A DNA stretch of 64,000 nt from Pristiophorus japonicus (taxonomy: Eukaryota). Below the pieces are notes generated by a model. It was not told where the DNA came from. It did no database searches and saw nothing but the letters and a program-made list of their open reading frames with translations. Below, piece by piece: positions 12,801-24,300 of this stretch; the stretch's first letter is position 1, and the number at the start of each line of letters is the position of its first letter. The translations under genes and the position numbers were made by a program. The DNA is taken from NCBI RefSeq assembly GCF_044704955.1, contig NC_092010.1:36084001-36148000 (forward strand), written 5' to 3'.

Positions 12801-13043
12801 CAAACAAAAAGGAGGTTCAGCAACCCCATAGAAGAAGCAGAGGATGAACACGATATAGAGTTCACTCCACCACAGGTGACCGAACACCGGAACCAAAGGG
12901 AGGAGAGCCCAGTCACTGTGGGCAGTCCGGACAGGCCTGAGGCACTGCAAACAGCAGACACTCAGGCCAGCGCCCAACAACCGGAGCCCCAACTCAGGCG
13001 CTCTACAAGGGAGCGTAAACCACCAGAGAGACTCAACCTGTGA
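9885..13043 (+). CDS. pol: Gypsy Pol polyprotein (protease-RT-RNase H-integrase), 1052 codons open; first in-frame ATG at 9927
   Basis: Protease LDTGAS, RT FQDD, RNase H TCDAS/EKEALA/TDHKPL, integrase HHCC and D,D-35-E (HVDYAGP, VSDNGP, QAERAV), in Gypsy domain order. Confidence 0.95.
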   Translation: MEHVYSSYTRTPPIMMKMLLNGIPVSMELDTGASQSLMGIKQFEKLWASKARRPKLSPIDAQLRTYTKQIIPVLGSATVVVTHKDSENRLPLWIVPGDDPTLLGRSWLAVMNWKWGDVNAISSVERVSCSQVLDKFDSLFQPGIGTFMGAKVVIHINPDARPVHHKARAVPYVMQEKIEGELDRLLREGIISPVEFSDWASPIVPMLKVDGSVRICGDYKATINRVSLQDQYPLPRAEDLFATLSGGKPFSKLDLTSAYMTQKLASESKKLTTITTHKGLFEYNRCPFGIRSAAAIFQRNMESLLKSIPGTVVFQDDILITGYDTEEHLHNLEEVLRRLDRVGLRLKKAKCVFLAPEVEFLGMRVAADGISPTASKTEAIQRAPRPRNTMELRSFLGLLNYFGNFLPKLSTLLEPLHVLLRKGREWVWGDSQERAFNRVRNLLCSNNLLTLYDPCKKLVLTCDASSYGVGCVLQHVNAKGQLQLVAYASRSLSQAERGYGMVEKEALACVYAVKKMHQYLFGRKFELETDHKPLTSLLADNKAINANASARIQRWALTLAAYDYTIRHRPGTENCADALSRLPLATTEGATEHGAEMVMAVEAFGSEGSPVTARQIKVWTNRDPLLSLFKKCVLNGDWAATYRACPEKFKPFHRRKDELSIQADCLLWGNRVVMPQMDREVFIRELHNGHPGIVTMKAIARSHVWWPGIDADLELCVRRCNTCAQLGHAPREAPLSPWPWPAKPWSRIHVDYAGPFMGKMFLVVVDAYSKWIECDILNSSTSSATVESLRAMFAAHGLPDILVSDNGPCFTSTEFQDFMAGNGINHVRTAPFKPASNGQAERAVQIIKQGMLRIQGGSLQTRLSRLLLAYRSRPHSLTGVPPAELLMKRTLKTRLSLIHPTMKEIVESRRQSQYHYHDRNARARCIDVNDPVFVLNYAAGPKWLAGTVVVKEGNRILVVKLTNGQICRKHVDQTKRRFSNPIEEAEDEHDIEFTPPQVTEHRNQREESPVTVGSPDRPEALQTADTQASAQQPEPQLRRSTRERKPPERLNL

Positions 13044-13072
13044 TCCCAATAAGACTTTGGGGGGTGAGGTGA

Positions 13073-13306
13073 TGTCATGTATTCAACCAGCATTGTAACC
13101 CATGTATAAACTGATCTAAGTTGTACACCGTGAGAACACTGACCACTAGGTGGGAGACACTCCTAACCTGGACCTTCAGGTTTAAAAGGGGAAGCTCCAC
13201 CCACCTTCATCACTTGAGTGCTAAGGAATAAAGGACAGGTCACAGACTGACCTTCTCTCAAGCATGGGCCTCGTGTGCATTTATACTGTGTAGTAAGGAC
13301 GTATCA
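13073..13306 (+). repeat. 3' LTR
   Basis: Direct repeat of 9182-9415. Confidence 0.95.
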
Positions 13307-13444
13307 ACAACCACCACATTACTATACCCCATAGGATTACCACTCTTTGCTATACTGTTATAGAGAAACACCATACAGAGAGAGAAACACCATCCCACAA
13401 GGGGGAAGAAAGATCAGCGGGAGAGCCATCCTGATCTTGACTCA

Positions 13445-14875
13445 CACACTTTTTAAAAAAGGAGGGAGAGAGAAAATGGGGAATTATAGACCGGTTAGCC
13501 TGACTTCGGTAGTGGGGAAAGTGTTGGAATCAATCATTAAGGATGAAATAGCAGCGCATTTGGAAAGCAGTGACAGGATCAGACCAAGTCAGCATGGATT
13601 TATGAAGGGGAAATCATGCTTGACGAATCTTCTAGAATTTTTTGAGGATGTAACTAGCAGAGTGGACAAGGGAGAACCAGTGGATGTGGTGTATTTGGAC
13701 TTTCAAAAGGCTTTTGACAAGGTCCCGCACAAGAGATTGGTGTGCAAAATCAAAGCGCATGGTATTGGGGGTAATGTACTGACGTGGATAGAGAACTGGT
13801 TGGCAGACAGGAAGCAGAGAGTCGGGATAAACGGGTCCTTTTCAGAATGGCAGGCAGTGATTAGTGGAGTACCGCAGGGCTCAGTGCTGGGACCCCAGCT
13901 CTTTACAATATACATTAACGATTTAGATGAAGGAATTGAATGTAATATCTCCAAGTTTGCGGATGACACTAAACTGGGTGGCGGTGTGAGCTGTGAGGAG
14001 GACGCTAAGAGGCTGCAGGGTGACTTGGACAGGTTAGGTGAGTGGGGCAAATGCATGGCAGATGCAGTATAATGTGGATAAATGTGAGGTTATCCACTTT
14101 GGGGGCAAAACACGAAGGCCGAATATTATCTGGATGGCGGCAGATTAGGAAAAGGGGAGGTGCAACGAGACCTGGGTGTCATGGTTCATCAGCCGCTGAA
14201 AGTGGGCATGCAGGTGCAGCAGGTGGTGAAGAAGGCAAATGGTATGTTGGCCTTCATAGCTAGAGGATTTGAGTATAGGAGCAGGGAGGTCTTACTGCAG
14301 TTGTACAGGGCCTTGGTGAGGCCTCACCTGGAATATTGTGTTCAGTTTTGGTCTCCTAATCTGAGGAAGGACATTCTTGCTATTGAGGGTGTGCAGCGAA
14401 GGTTCACCAGACTGATTCCAGGGATGGCTGGACTGTCATATGAGGAGAGACTGGATCAACTGGAGTTTAGAAGGATGAGAGGGGATCTCATAGAAACGTA
14501 TAAGATTCTGACGGGACTGGACAGGTTAGATGCGGGAAGAATGTTCCCGATGTTGGGGAAGTCCAGAACCAGGGGACATAGTCTTAGGATAAGGGGTCGG
14601 CCAAGAAGGACTGAGATGAGGAGAAACTTCTTCACTCAGAGAGTTGTTAACCTGTGGAATTCCCTGCTGCAGAGAGTTGTTGATGCCAGTTCATTGGATA
14701 TATTCAAGAGGGAGTTAGATATGGCCCTTACGGCTAAGGGGATCAAGGGGTATGGAGAGAAAGCAGGAAAGGGGTACTGAGGTGAATGATCAGCCATGAT
14801 CTTATTGAATGGTGGTGCAGGCTCGAAGGGCCGAATGGCCTACTCCTGCACCTATTTTCTATGTTTCTATGTTTC
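13445..14875 (+). mobile_element. CR1 5'-truncated copy (RT region)
   Basis: ORFs 13347..14072 and 14160..14780 with KFADDTKL; one frameshift and a 15-nt in-frame deletion; (TTCTATGT)n tail. Confidence 0.93.
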
Positions 14876-15066
14876 CTACCGACGGGTTAGAGGATCATTG
14901 GCATAGGACTGTGAGCAGGTCCTCTTGGTCAAGGACGGCACATGGGAAGACCAAGAAATGGGTAGGAAAGATAAACAATATCTGCATTCTTAAAATGGTG
15001 TAACGTTTGCAGTTTACCCGACCACGGCACATTTACGCATATATTGTTTGTAAAGGAGACTGAGGT

Positions 15067-15085
15067 TACCTGTGGATTTTCTCAC
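15067..15085 (+). promoter_or_regulatory. PTF1-like bipartite site (variant E-box TACCTG plus RBPJ/RBPJL TC-box TTTCTCAC)
   Basis: TACCTGTGGATTTTCTCAC about 160 nt upstream of the TATA box, resembling the CACCTG-n-TTTCCC A-element of acinar enzyme genes. Confidence 0.55.
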
Positions 15086-15230
15086 ATTTATCAGATACTT
15101 TCAGCCATTAATCATGTGCAATGCTTGTTCAGTTGCTATTAATCAGAACATTTCAACATCGCTGACTTTATCAGTTACTAAATGAGTTGGAAGTTGATCC
15201 AGTTTCTGCAGGGTCTCTGATATACCTGGC

Positions 15231-15236
15231 TATAAA
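15231..15236 (+). promoter_or_regulatory. TATA box of the CELA1-like gene
   Basis: TATAAA 50 nt upstream of the ATG. Confidence 0.8.
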
Positions 15237-15280
15237 TGCCAGGCAGTGCAGTTAAGACATCCCACAGCACAACCGCCGTG

Positions 15281-15320
15281 ATGTTGCGACTGGTGATTTT
15301 AGCAAGCCTTGCCCTGCTCG
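15281..15320 (+). CDS. CELA1: CELA1-like exon 1 (signal peptide [14 protein letters not shown])
   Basis: ATG 50 nt after TATAAA; 40-nt coding exon ending in a GTAAGT donor; hydrophobic signal peptide. Confidence 0.9.
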
Positions 15321-18300
15321 GTAAGTACTACTTCACTTATTTCACCTGCTATTATTATTGACAGGTTGTAGTGTCAGCTGTATCTCAGTGGGCAACACTC
15401 TCACCTCTGAGTCAGAAGGTTGTGGGTTTAAGCCCCACTCCAGGGACTTGAGGCACAAAAATCTAGGCTGACACTCCAGTGCAGTGCTGAAGGAAGTGCC
15501 GTCTTTTGGATGAGACGTTAAACCGAGGCCCTGTCTGCTCTCTCAGATGGACGTAAAAGATCCTATGGTACTATCTCGAAGAAGAGCAGGGGAGTTATCC
15601 CCGGTGTTCTGCCCAATATTTATCCCTCAATCAACATAACAGATTATCTGGTCATTATCACATTGTTGTTTGTGGGAGCTTGCTGTGGGCAAGTTGTCTG
15701 CTGCGTTTCCCACATTACAACAGTGACTGCACTTCAAAAGTACTTCATTGGCTGTAAAGCGCTTTCAGATGTCCGGTGGTCGTGAAAGGTGCTATATAAA
15801 TCCAAGTCTTTCTTTCTCTACCACCACATTTCTGCTATAGCAGCTATAGTTGTAACTGACCTGAAAGTTAGTGCATGTTAATCTGTATGTATGGTGCATG
15901 GATAGGCAATAGCATTTCAAAGGAGTCCGATGACACAACAAACCATAAAGTACGTATGAGGTTTGTATTCAGTTTGGAGCCATCTAGTTTGATTTGGATC
16001 CTCTCCTATTAGTAACTGGAGAAACAAAGTTGAGAGTCTGGGTGCTGCAGAGGTTACAACACTGACTTTTCTCCTCTGGGGCCTGAGGTTACCTGTTCTT
16101 TCACCTCAGTTAGCGGGGGCACACGCCAGTATTGACACAGGTTGGACGCCCGCTATGTGTGAAAGGGTGGGACAAGAAAAGCCAGCAATAGCCAGCCGCT
16201 TGGAGGCAGAGCTGGCTGAAAATTGTTAGCAAGTAATAAAAATTGCCCCTTTTGCAGGAAGGCTGCCTACTCCTTGCCATCAGTTCCTTTGATTGACTCT
16301 CCCAGGCCTTGAAACAATCCTGTGGGCCCCACTCCTGCTGTTGTGAAGTATTGGCTGCCTGTGATGCAGGAGGGGTTGAAGCGAATAGCAGAGATGCATT
16401 TAAGGGGAAGCTGGATAAACACATGAGGGAGAAGGGAATAGAGGGTTATGCTGATAGGGTGAGATGAAGTAGGGGTAGGAGGAGGCTCGTGTGGAGCATA
16501 AACACTGGCATGGATGAGTTGGGCCGAATGGCCTGTTTCTGTGCTGCAGACGCGATGTAATTCGATGTAATCAGTGGCACCAGCAAGAATTCCAGCCCGA
16601 CCTCCACTTTGGACATCAGGCTACAAAGGGGTAAATGCAAGAACCGCTTGCCCCCCACTCCCAACAGGTAACCCCAGTGCATCACAGAACAGGGTGTATT
16701 ACACACAGGATCGGACACAGGCCCACTGGTACCTGGACACCCTGAATCTGCCAAAAACATCGCAGATTTTCGGGGCCATGAACTGCAGTTTTCAGCCGCC
16801 AGCCAGTAACTGAAGTGCAAGTGCGCCCTCTGCTGGCTGCAAGGCTTGAATGTGCGAAATGTGTTTGGGGCAGTTTCAATTCAGTTCCCAAAGGGAAACA
16901 AGTTCACAGCACAAGACTACCCATAATTAGTATAAATTGGCATTTTCACTCAAATAGGCCATAAAGGTGGGTATTATGGGAGATGGAAATGTTGCATTAG
17001 GCTTTTCTGAGGCTGGGTGGAGTACGGTATGGGTGTTTAACCTGTGGCCTTAGGGCTTAGGGTCACACAGAGCCCCCGAAGCCTGGCTAGCAGGTCTCAA
17101 AGCCCAGTAACCTCCATCCTATTTGTGCTGATTTTTCTTATTTGCTAGTTTGGTTCAGTTGAATTTCTTAGGACTAGAGGTTTTCAAAGAGGCTGTTCTT
17201 AGCGCTGAAGCCTCATTATAGTTGCTTGCTTTGGAGGCAGTTCAGAGAAGATTCACTCGGTTGATTCCGGGGATGAGGGGGTTGACTTATGAGGAAAGGT
17301 TGAGTAGGTTGTGCCTCTACTCATTGGAATTTAGGAGAGTGAGAGGTGATCTTATCAAAATAAGATTATGAGGGGGCTTGACAAGGTGGATGCAGAGAGC
17401 TTGTTTCCACTGATGGGGGAAGACTAGAATTAGGGGGCATGGTCTTAGAATAAGGGGCCGCCCATTTAAAACTGAGATGAGAAATTTCTTCTCTTAGATG
17501 GTTGTAAATCTGTGGAATTCGCTGCCTCAGAGAGCTGTGGAAGCTGGGTCATTGAATAAATTTAAGGCGGAGATAGACAGTTTCTTAACCAATAAGGGGA
17601 TAAGGGGTTATGGGGAGCGGGCAGGGAAGTGGACCCGAGTCCATGATCAGATCAGCCATGATCTTATTAAATGGCGGAGCAGGCTTGAGGGGCCGTATGG
17701 CCTACTCCTGCTCCTATTTCTTATGTTCTTATGTTTATTATTGGATATTAAATTGCAGGAGTAGGACAAGAAGATGCAGGTTCAAACTAGTAAAAGGCAA
17801 ACTTAGGACTGATAACCAGGGAATGCTTATTCATACAGAGAGTGATCAATACATGGAATGGACTCTTTTTTAATTTGTTCCTGGGATGTGGGCGTCGCTG
17901 CCTAGGCCGGCATTTATTGCCCATCCCCAATTGCCCCTTGAGAAGGTGGTGGTGAGCCGCCTTCTTGAACCACTGCAGTCCGTGTGGTGAAGGTACTCCC
18001 ACAGTGCTGTTAGGGAGGGAGTTCCAGGATTGTGACCCAGCGACGATGAAGGAACAGCCGATATATTTCCAAATCAGGATGATGTGTGACTCGGAGGGGA
18101 ACGTGGAGGTGGTGGTGTTCCCATGCGCCTGCTGCCCTTGTCCTGCTAGGTGGTAGAGGTCGCGGGTTTGGGAGGTGCTACCAAAGAAGCCTTGGCGAGT
18201 TGCTGCGGTGCATCTTGTAGACGGTGCACACTGCAGCCACGGTGCGCCGGTGGTGGAGGGAGTGAATGCTGAAGGTGGTGGGTAGCGTGCCGATCAAGCG

Positions 18301-21300
18301 GGCTGCTTTGTCCTGGATAGTGCTGAACTTCTTGAGTGTTGTTGGAGCTGCACTCATCCAGGCAAGTGGAGAGTGTTCCATCACACTCCTGACTTGTGCC
18401 TTGGATAGAGCAGAGGAGGCAACAACCCTGGAATCATTTCGGAACAAATTGCATGCTACAATCGAGAGACTTTAGGATCCTTCGACACGATGGGTCGAAA
18501 TGGCCTCTTTCTATGATTCTATGATTCTATGATTCTATGATTCTATGATTCTCAATGGATGATCCAAGATCGGCCAAATGGTCTTCCTCATCCACAATTA
18601 TCTTGTGATCTTGTGACCCATGAAGAAAAAACGTTGGCCAATCCTGCAGTACAGAGGTTTTACCAAACCTGACCTGGCCCGGGAGTCCTTGAAGTTTGAT
18701 TTGCCACGTTGCGAGTGGGATACAGTGCCTTTTACAGACTTCCTGATTACATCGATTAAAGCTTAAGTCAGTAAAAGGCTGCCAGTAGATATTGTACTGA
18801 AAACATTTGATCCCCTCAACAGGGCTATGTGCTGTAGACGAACGTGTCATTGGAGGGACCGAGGCAAATCGCAATGCGTGGCCATGGCAGGTATGAAACG
18901 TACAACTATTCCTCGACACTATCAGCTCTCTGTAAACTCACAGTGAAGGAAAGAATTTGAGTTAATGAGCCCCTTCACCAACTTCCCTTGCTTCTGAAAG
19001 GCTCCCACGACAATCTTACACTAAGGCCTAACGTCCTTTGAAATTAATTTCAAACAAAAAACAATATTTGACCAAATTCTTTTCATATAATTTTCAGTGA
19101 CCTCTTATCTCTGTCCATCTGCAGGACATGAAACGTAAATAGATAGCAATGTTTTTTTTTTAATTGTAAGCAATAATATTTCCTGCATTACAATGGTAAC
19201 TACACTTCAAAAGTACTTCATTGGCTGTGAAGCGCTTTGGGACGTCCGGTGGTTGTGAAAGGCGCTATATAAATCCAAGTCTTTCTTTATTTCTTTTTAT
19301 GAAAACATCCTCCCTCCCCCTCCCCGAAAGGCATTGATCCCATGCTCACCTGACATGCACATGCTATTGGCCATTACTGGAGTGCTATCAGGAGCAGGAG
19401 CCCTGGCTGGGTAACCCCGCCCCCCTTCCTAACCCAGCCATGATCGTATTGAATGGCGGAGCAGGCTCGAGGGGCCAAATGGCCTACTCCTGCTCCTATT
19501 TCTTATGTAACCCAAGGGCGCTGAGGCAAATTGCAGCTCCCTCATCACTGTCTCAGCTGAAAGCAGCTCACTCAGTACAGATCAGAACAAAACTGGGGCC
19601 TTCTTCGTCTGCACGGCTCCGTATCTTTCTATGTCCCCTTTTTTCCCCCTCTGTTCTCTTGGGTCCATAGTATCCCCTTGGACAATATGAGAGTTCCTGG
19701 ATATCTACATGGACAGTATCAATATCGCTGCTTGGTGAAGCTGCAAGTTCTACAGGATATAAAGTTGCGCCCCCCCCTCCCCCCCTCCCCCTCCCCCTCC
19801 CCACCCCAATACAACCCCCCTCCTATCAACATTCCAGGAAGAATGGCAATGTCAGCCCCAGAGAAAGCCCAAGCAAAAAATAAAAATTGCGATTACATTG
19901 CATCTTACCAAGTTTCAGAAACGTCATAAATGCGATTTGCATACAATGAATTATTTTACAGAGTTGTTATGTAGTAAAATGTAAAGACTAGGGGCTAGAA
20001 ATTTGTTTTGGGTGGAAGCGCATCTTCCACCTGTTATGTGCCCGCTTGATATTCAGATATGAAGTCGATGGAACTAAATATCGGGCGGGGAGTATAACGG
20101 CCCATTCGATACCGCGCACTTTGAGCTACTGCCCAAAATGAATCTCTACCCCTTTAATTCAAACCTGGGTCTTTATTTGAAGATCCAACACAACTCAATC
20201 ATTTTCCACGCTAGTATTTTTCACACAGCTCTGTTAGCAATATTTTCTGCATAAATGTGAAGCACTGTGTGTTTTGAAAACATAAAGTAGTGTATAATCC
20301 TTTTTTTTTACAGGTTTCTCTTCAAGGTTATGCTCATTACTGGTACCACACCTGTGGTGGCACTCTGATTCGCAATCGATGGGTGCTTACAGCCGCACAC
20401 TGTGTTGACAGGTGAATGATTTTGATTGACACTCTTTGACAGATTACATAAGGACATCAGAATTAGGAGCAGGAGTAGGCCATTCGGTCCCTTGATCCTG
20501 CTCCTCCATTCAATAAGATCATGGCTGATCTTCGACCTCAACAAAGGTTTGGCAGATGGAATACAATGTCGGAAAGTGTGAGGTCATCCACCTTGGGGAA
20601 AAAAACAGTAAAAGGGAATATTATTTGAATGGGGAGAAATTACAACATGCTGAGGTGCAGAGGGACCTGGGGGTCCTTGTGCATGAATCCCAAAAAGTTA
20701 GTTTGCAGGTGCAGCAGGTAATCAGGAAGGCGAATGGAATGTTGGCCTTCATTGCGAGAGGGATGGAGTACAAAAGCAGGGAGGTCCTGCTGCAACTGTA
20801 TAGGGTATTGGTGAGGCCGCACCTGGAGTACTGCGTGCAGTTTGGGATATAGCTTTGGAGGGGGTACAGAGACGATTCACGAGGCTGATTCCGGAGATGA
20901 GGGAGTTACCTTATGATGATAGATTGAGTAGACTGGGTCTTTACTCGTTGGAGTTCAGAAGGATGAGGGGTGATCTTATAGAAACATTTAAAATAATGAA
21001 AGGGATAGACAAGATAGAGGCAGAGAGGTTGTTTCCACTGGTCAGGGAGACTAGAACTAGGGGGCACAGCCTCAAAATACGGGGGAGCCAATTTAAAACC
21101 GAGTTGAGAAGGAATTTCTTTTCCAAGAGGGTTGTGAATCTGTGGAATTCTCTGCCCAAGGAAGCAGTTGAGGCTAGCTCATTGAATGTTTTCAAGTCAC
21201 AGATAGATAGATTTTTAATCAATAATGGAATTAAGGGTTATGGGGAGCGGGCGGGAAAGTGGAGCTGAGTCCACGGCCAGATCAGCCATGATCTTGTTGA

Positions 21301-24300
21301 ATGGTGGAGCAGGCTCGAGGGGCTAGATGGCCTACTCCTGTTCCTAATTCTTATGTTCTCATGTTCTTATGTAACTCCACTTTCCTGCACTATCCCCATA
21401 TCCCTTGATTCCCTTAATATCCAAAAATCTATCGATCTCAGTCTTGAATATACTCAAAGACTGAGCCTCCACAGCCCTCTGGGGTTGAGAATTCCAAAGA
21501 TTCACCCGAGTGAAGAAGTTTCTCCTAATCACAATCCTAAATGGACGACCCCTTATCCTGAGACTGTGACCCCTGGTTCTAGACTCCCCAGCCACAGGAA
21601 ACATCCTCCCGGCATCTACCCCGTCAAGCCCTGTAAGAATTTTGTATGTTTTAATGAGATCATCTCTCATTCTTCTAAACTCTAGAGAATATAGGCCTAG
21701 TCTACTCAATCTCTCCTCATAGGACAATCCCCCCCCATCCCAGGAATCAGTCTGGTGATACTCCAGGTGCGGTCTCACCACGGCCCTATATAATTGCAGT
21801 AAAACGTCTTTACTCTTATACTCAAATCCTCTTGTAATAAAGGCCAACATACCATTTGCTTTCTTAATCGCTTGCTTAATTAACAGCAGGATTACTATGA
21901 ATGTTCAACCAATCTCACTGTATGGAAATGGAAACATTCTCAATCTTTTCTCTCTGTGCGGTTTTGAAATCTGTGTGCTTTCTCCTTTTTCTGAAGGTTT
22001 TGTCTTTTTCTCTTCCCACTTCCCTCCCTCTCTCCAGTTCACTTTCTTTCCAACCTGTCTATAGTGTGTACTTTTGTAAGAAAATACAGCACCAGACAAG
22101 GCTATTTGGCCCATCAAGTCCATTCCTTCCACAGACGTTGGCAGCCTCACTAAAAGTCTTATGAGTTTCCAGTAAAAGTCCTGAAGGATTTCCAGCAGAT
22201 CCTTATAAGGACTGTGCATGATTTTCAATAGTTCACCGTATAAAACAACAAGCCTTATTTGCAATCACTGGCAACGTTTTAACAACAGTTTATCCCACTT
22301 GCCAATAAAAATGACTGCAAAACCTTTGTAATTGAGGACCGGATAAAATGAGTTACTTAAAATCCCAAAGAAAACTGAAACTGAGCACAGCTCACCATTA
22401 CAAATGGGAGCTGTGTACCAGTAGAGTAACAGAAGTAGCAGTATTGCCCTAGCTATTTTTTTATTAATTCATGGGATGTGGGCATCGCTGGTTAGGCAAG
22501 CATTTATTGCCCATCCCTAATTGCCCTTGAGGAGGTGGTGGCCTTATACAACAGAATGGCTTGCTAGGCCATTTCAGAGTCAACCACATTGCTGTGGGTC
22601 TGGAGTCACAGACCGGGTAAGGGCGGAAGATTCCCTTCCCTAAAGGACATTAGTGAACCAGATGGGTTTTTACGACAATATAGCAGGTAGTTTCATGGTC
22701 ACCATTACTGATACTAGCTTTTTATTCCAAATTTATTTAATCAACTGGATTTAAATTCCCCAGCTGCCATGGTGGGATTTTAACCCGCATCTACCCCGTT
22801 AGTCCAAGCTTCTGGATAACATAACTGCTATGCTACCGTAACCCTAACAGCCAATGGTGCTCCTTTAATGATCTTGTCCCTCTTTTTGACCAACAAGAAA
22901 GGTCCAATTAAGATACTTTGGCACTTGAAGCTATCTACTCCACCCCTTTTGTTTGGAATGACTTATCATTTCCTTCAATCAACAGATCGGGTACATACCG
23001 TGTAGTCTTGGGTGATCACAACATTTATGAGACTGATGGAACCGAACAGTACATTTTTGTTCAAGATATCATTCTCCATGAAGGCTGGAATGGCGACCTT
23101 TCAGTTGGGTATGTAACTATATTGCTACTTCGGTTAAATGAGAAATCTGTTGATACCATAGTCACTTTAAAATCGAGTCCATCGTGGCTGCCACCGTGCT
23201 TCCTGCTCCAGTCTTTAAAAAAGGTTACAACCTCATAGAGGAGGTGTAACTCATGGCTGGCATAGTTTTGTGTGGGCTAATAAGAAATATATGTGCCCCT
23301 GCATTGACTGTATAACGTTCATTAGCTGCACTGGCGCTACAATTAGCCTCAGTGTCGCTCGTGACCCCAGGAAAGTGTGTGAGTGTGCGCGTGTGTTGGG
23401 GGAAGGACAACATAGCAGACATGAGACGTTAAACTGAGGCCCATCTGCTCTCTCAGGTGGATGTAAAAGATCCCACGGCAGTATTTCAAAGATGAGCAGG
23501 GGAGTTATCCCCAGTGTCCTGGCCAATATTTATCCCTCAATCAACATAACAAAACAGATTATCTCATTGCTGTTTGTGGGAGCTTGCTGTGCGCAAATTG
23601 GCTGCTGCGTTTCCCACATTACAACAGTGACTACACTCCAAAAAGTACTTCATTGGCTGAGAAACACTTTGAGACATCCGGTGGTCGTGAAAGGCACTTT
23701 CTGACAGGGCCTCGGTTTAACGTCTCATCCGAAAGATGGCACCTCTGACAGTGCTGCACTCCCTTAGTACAGCCTAGATTTTTGTGCTCAAGTCCCTGGA
23801 GTGGGACTCGAACCCACAACCTTCTGACTCCGAGAAAAGGGTGCTATGCTAACCCACTCAGCCACAGCAAGAGGTAGCAGAGGGTGACTGCCGCTTGTGA
23901 AACAGCACTCCAGCAGAACTGAGTGCCTTCAGGAAAGGAGGAGAGCGAAATGAGAAAAGAATATAAAACTGTACATGATCAATAACTCAGCTTAATTGTA
24001 GGCACTCGCAAACCACTGTCTGGACGGGACTGTAATGGGTAAAGTCTTAAGATGTGCCTGCAGCATACTGATTTAAAAAACGCAGAAAAAGAGATTTTTA
24101 CAGAAAAACAATTTTTTTTGAAGGAATGACATTGCTGTGCTTTACCTGGAAAAAGATGCTGTTCTGAACCAATATGTTCAACTTGGAACATTGGCCGAGG
24201 CAGGTGCCACCTTACCAAACAACTTTGTGTGTTACGTCACCGGCTGGGGCTACACTCGAAGTAGGTAATTTGGGATTCCTGTGCATTCGTGTATTTTTCT

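Larger units (their letters stand above)
9182..13306 (+). mobile_element. Ty3/Gypsy LTR retrotransposon with both LTRs, gag-defective
   Basis: 234-bp TG...CA LTRs at 9182-9415 and 13073-13306, identical by eye; TSD ACAAC at 9177-9181 and 13307-13311; PBS-like TGGCGACAAG at 9417; purine-rich PPT at 13059-13072. Confidence 0.97.

Noticed and set aside
12618-13072. env gene or chromodomain in the Gypsy element, or antisense ORF 12618..13049
   Set aside because: Pol ends 30 nt before the 3' LTR, leaving no room for env; no chromodomain motif is visible; the antisense ORF is a shadow of pol.
15371-15450. tRNA gene
   Set aside because: It is the tRNA-derived head of a SINE with a degenerate cloverleaf, followed by SINE body; the same applies near 28425 and 43050-43128.
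22918-23238. ORF-track ORFs 22918..23238, 53410..53664, 61098..61310 and 63231..63446 as standalone genes
   Set aside because: Each is one exon of CELA1 or LETMD1 plus intronic read-through.
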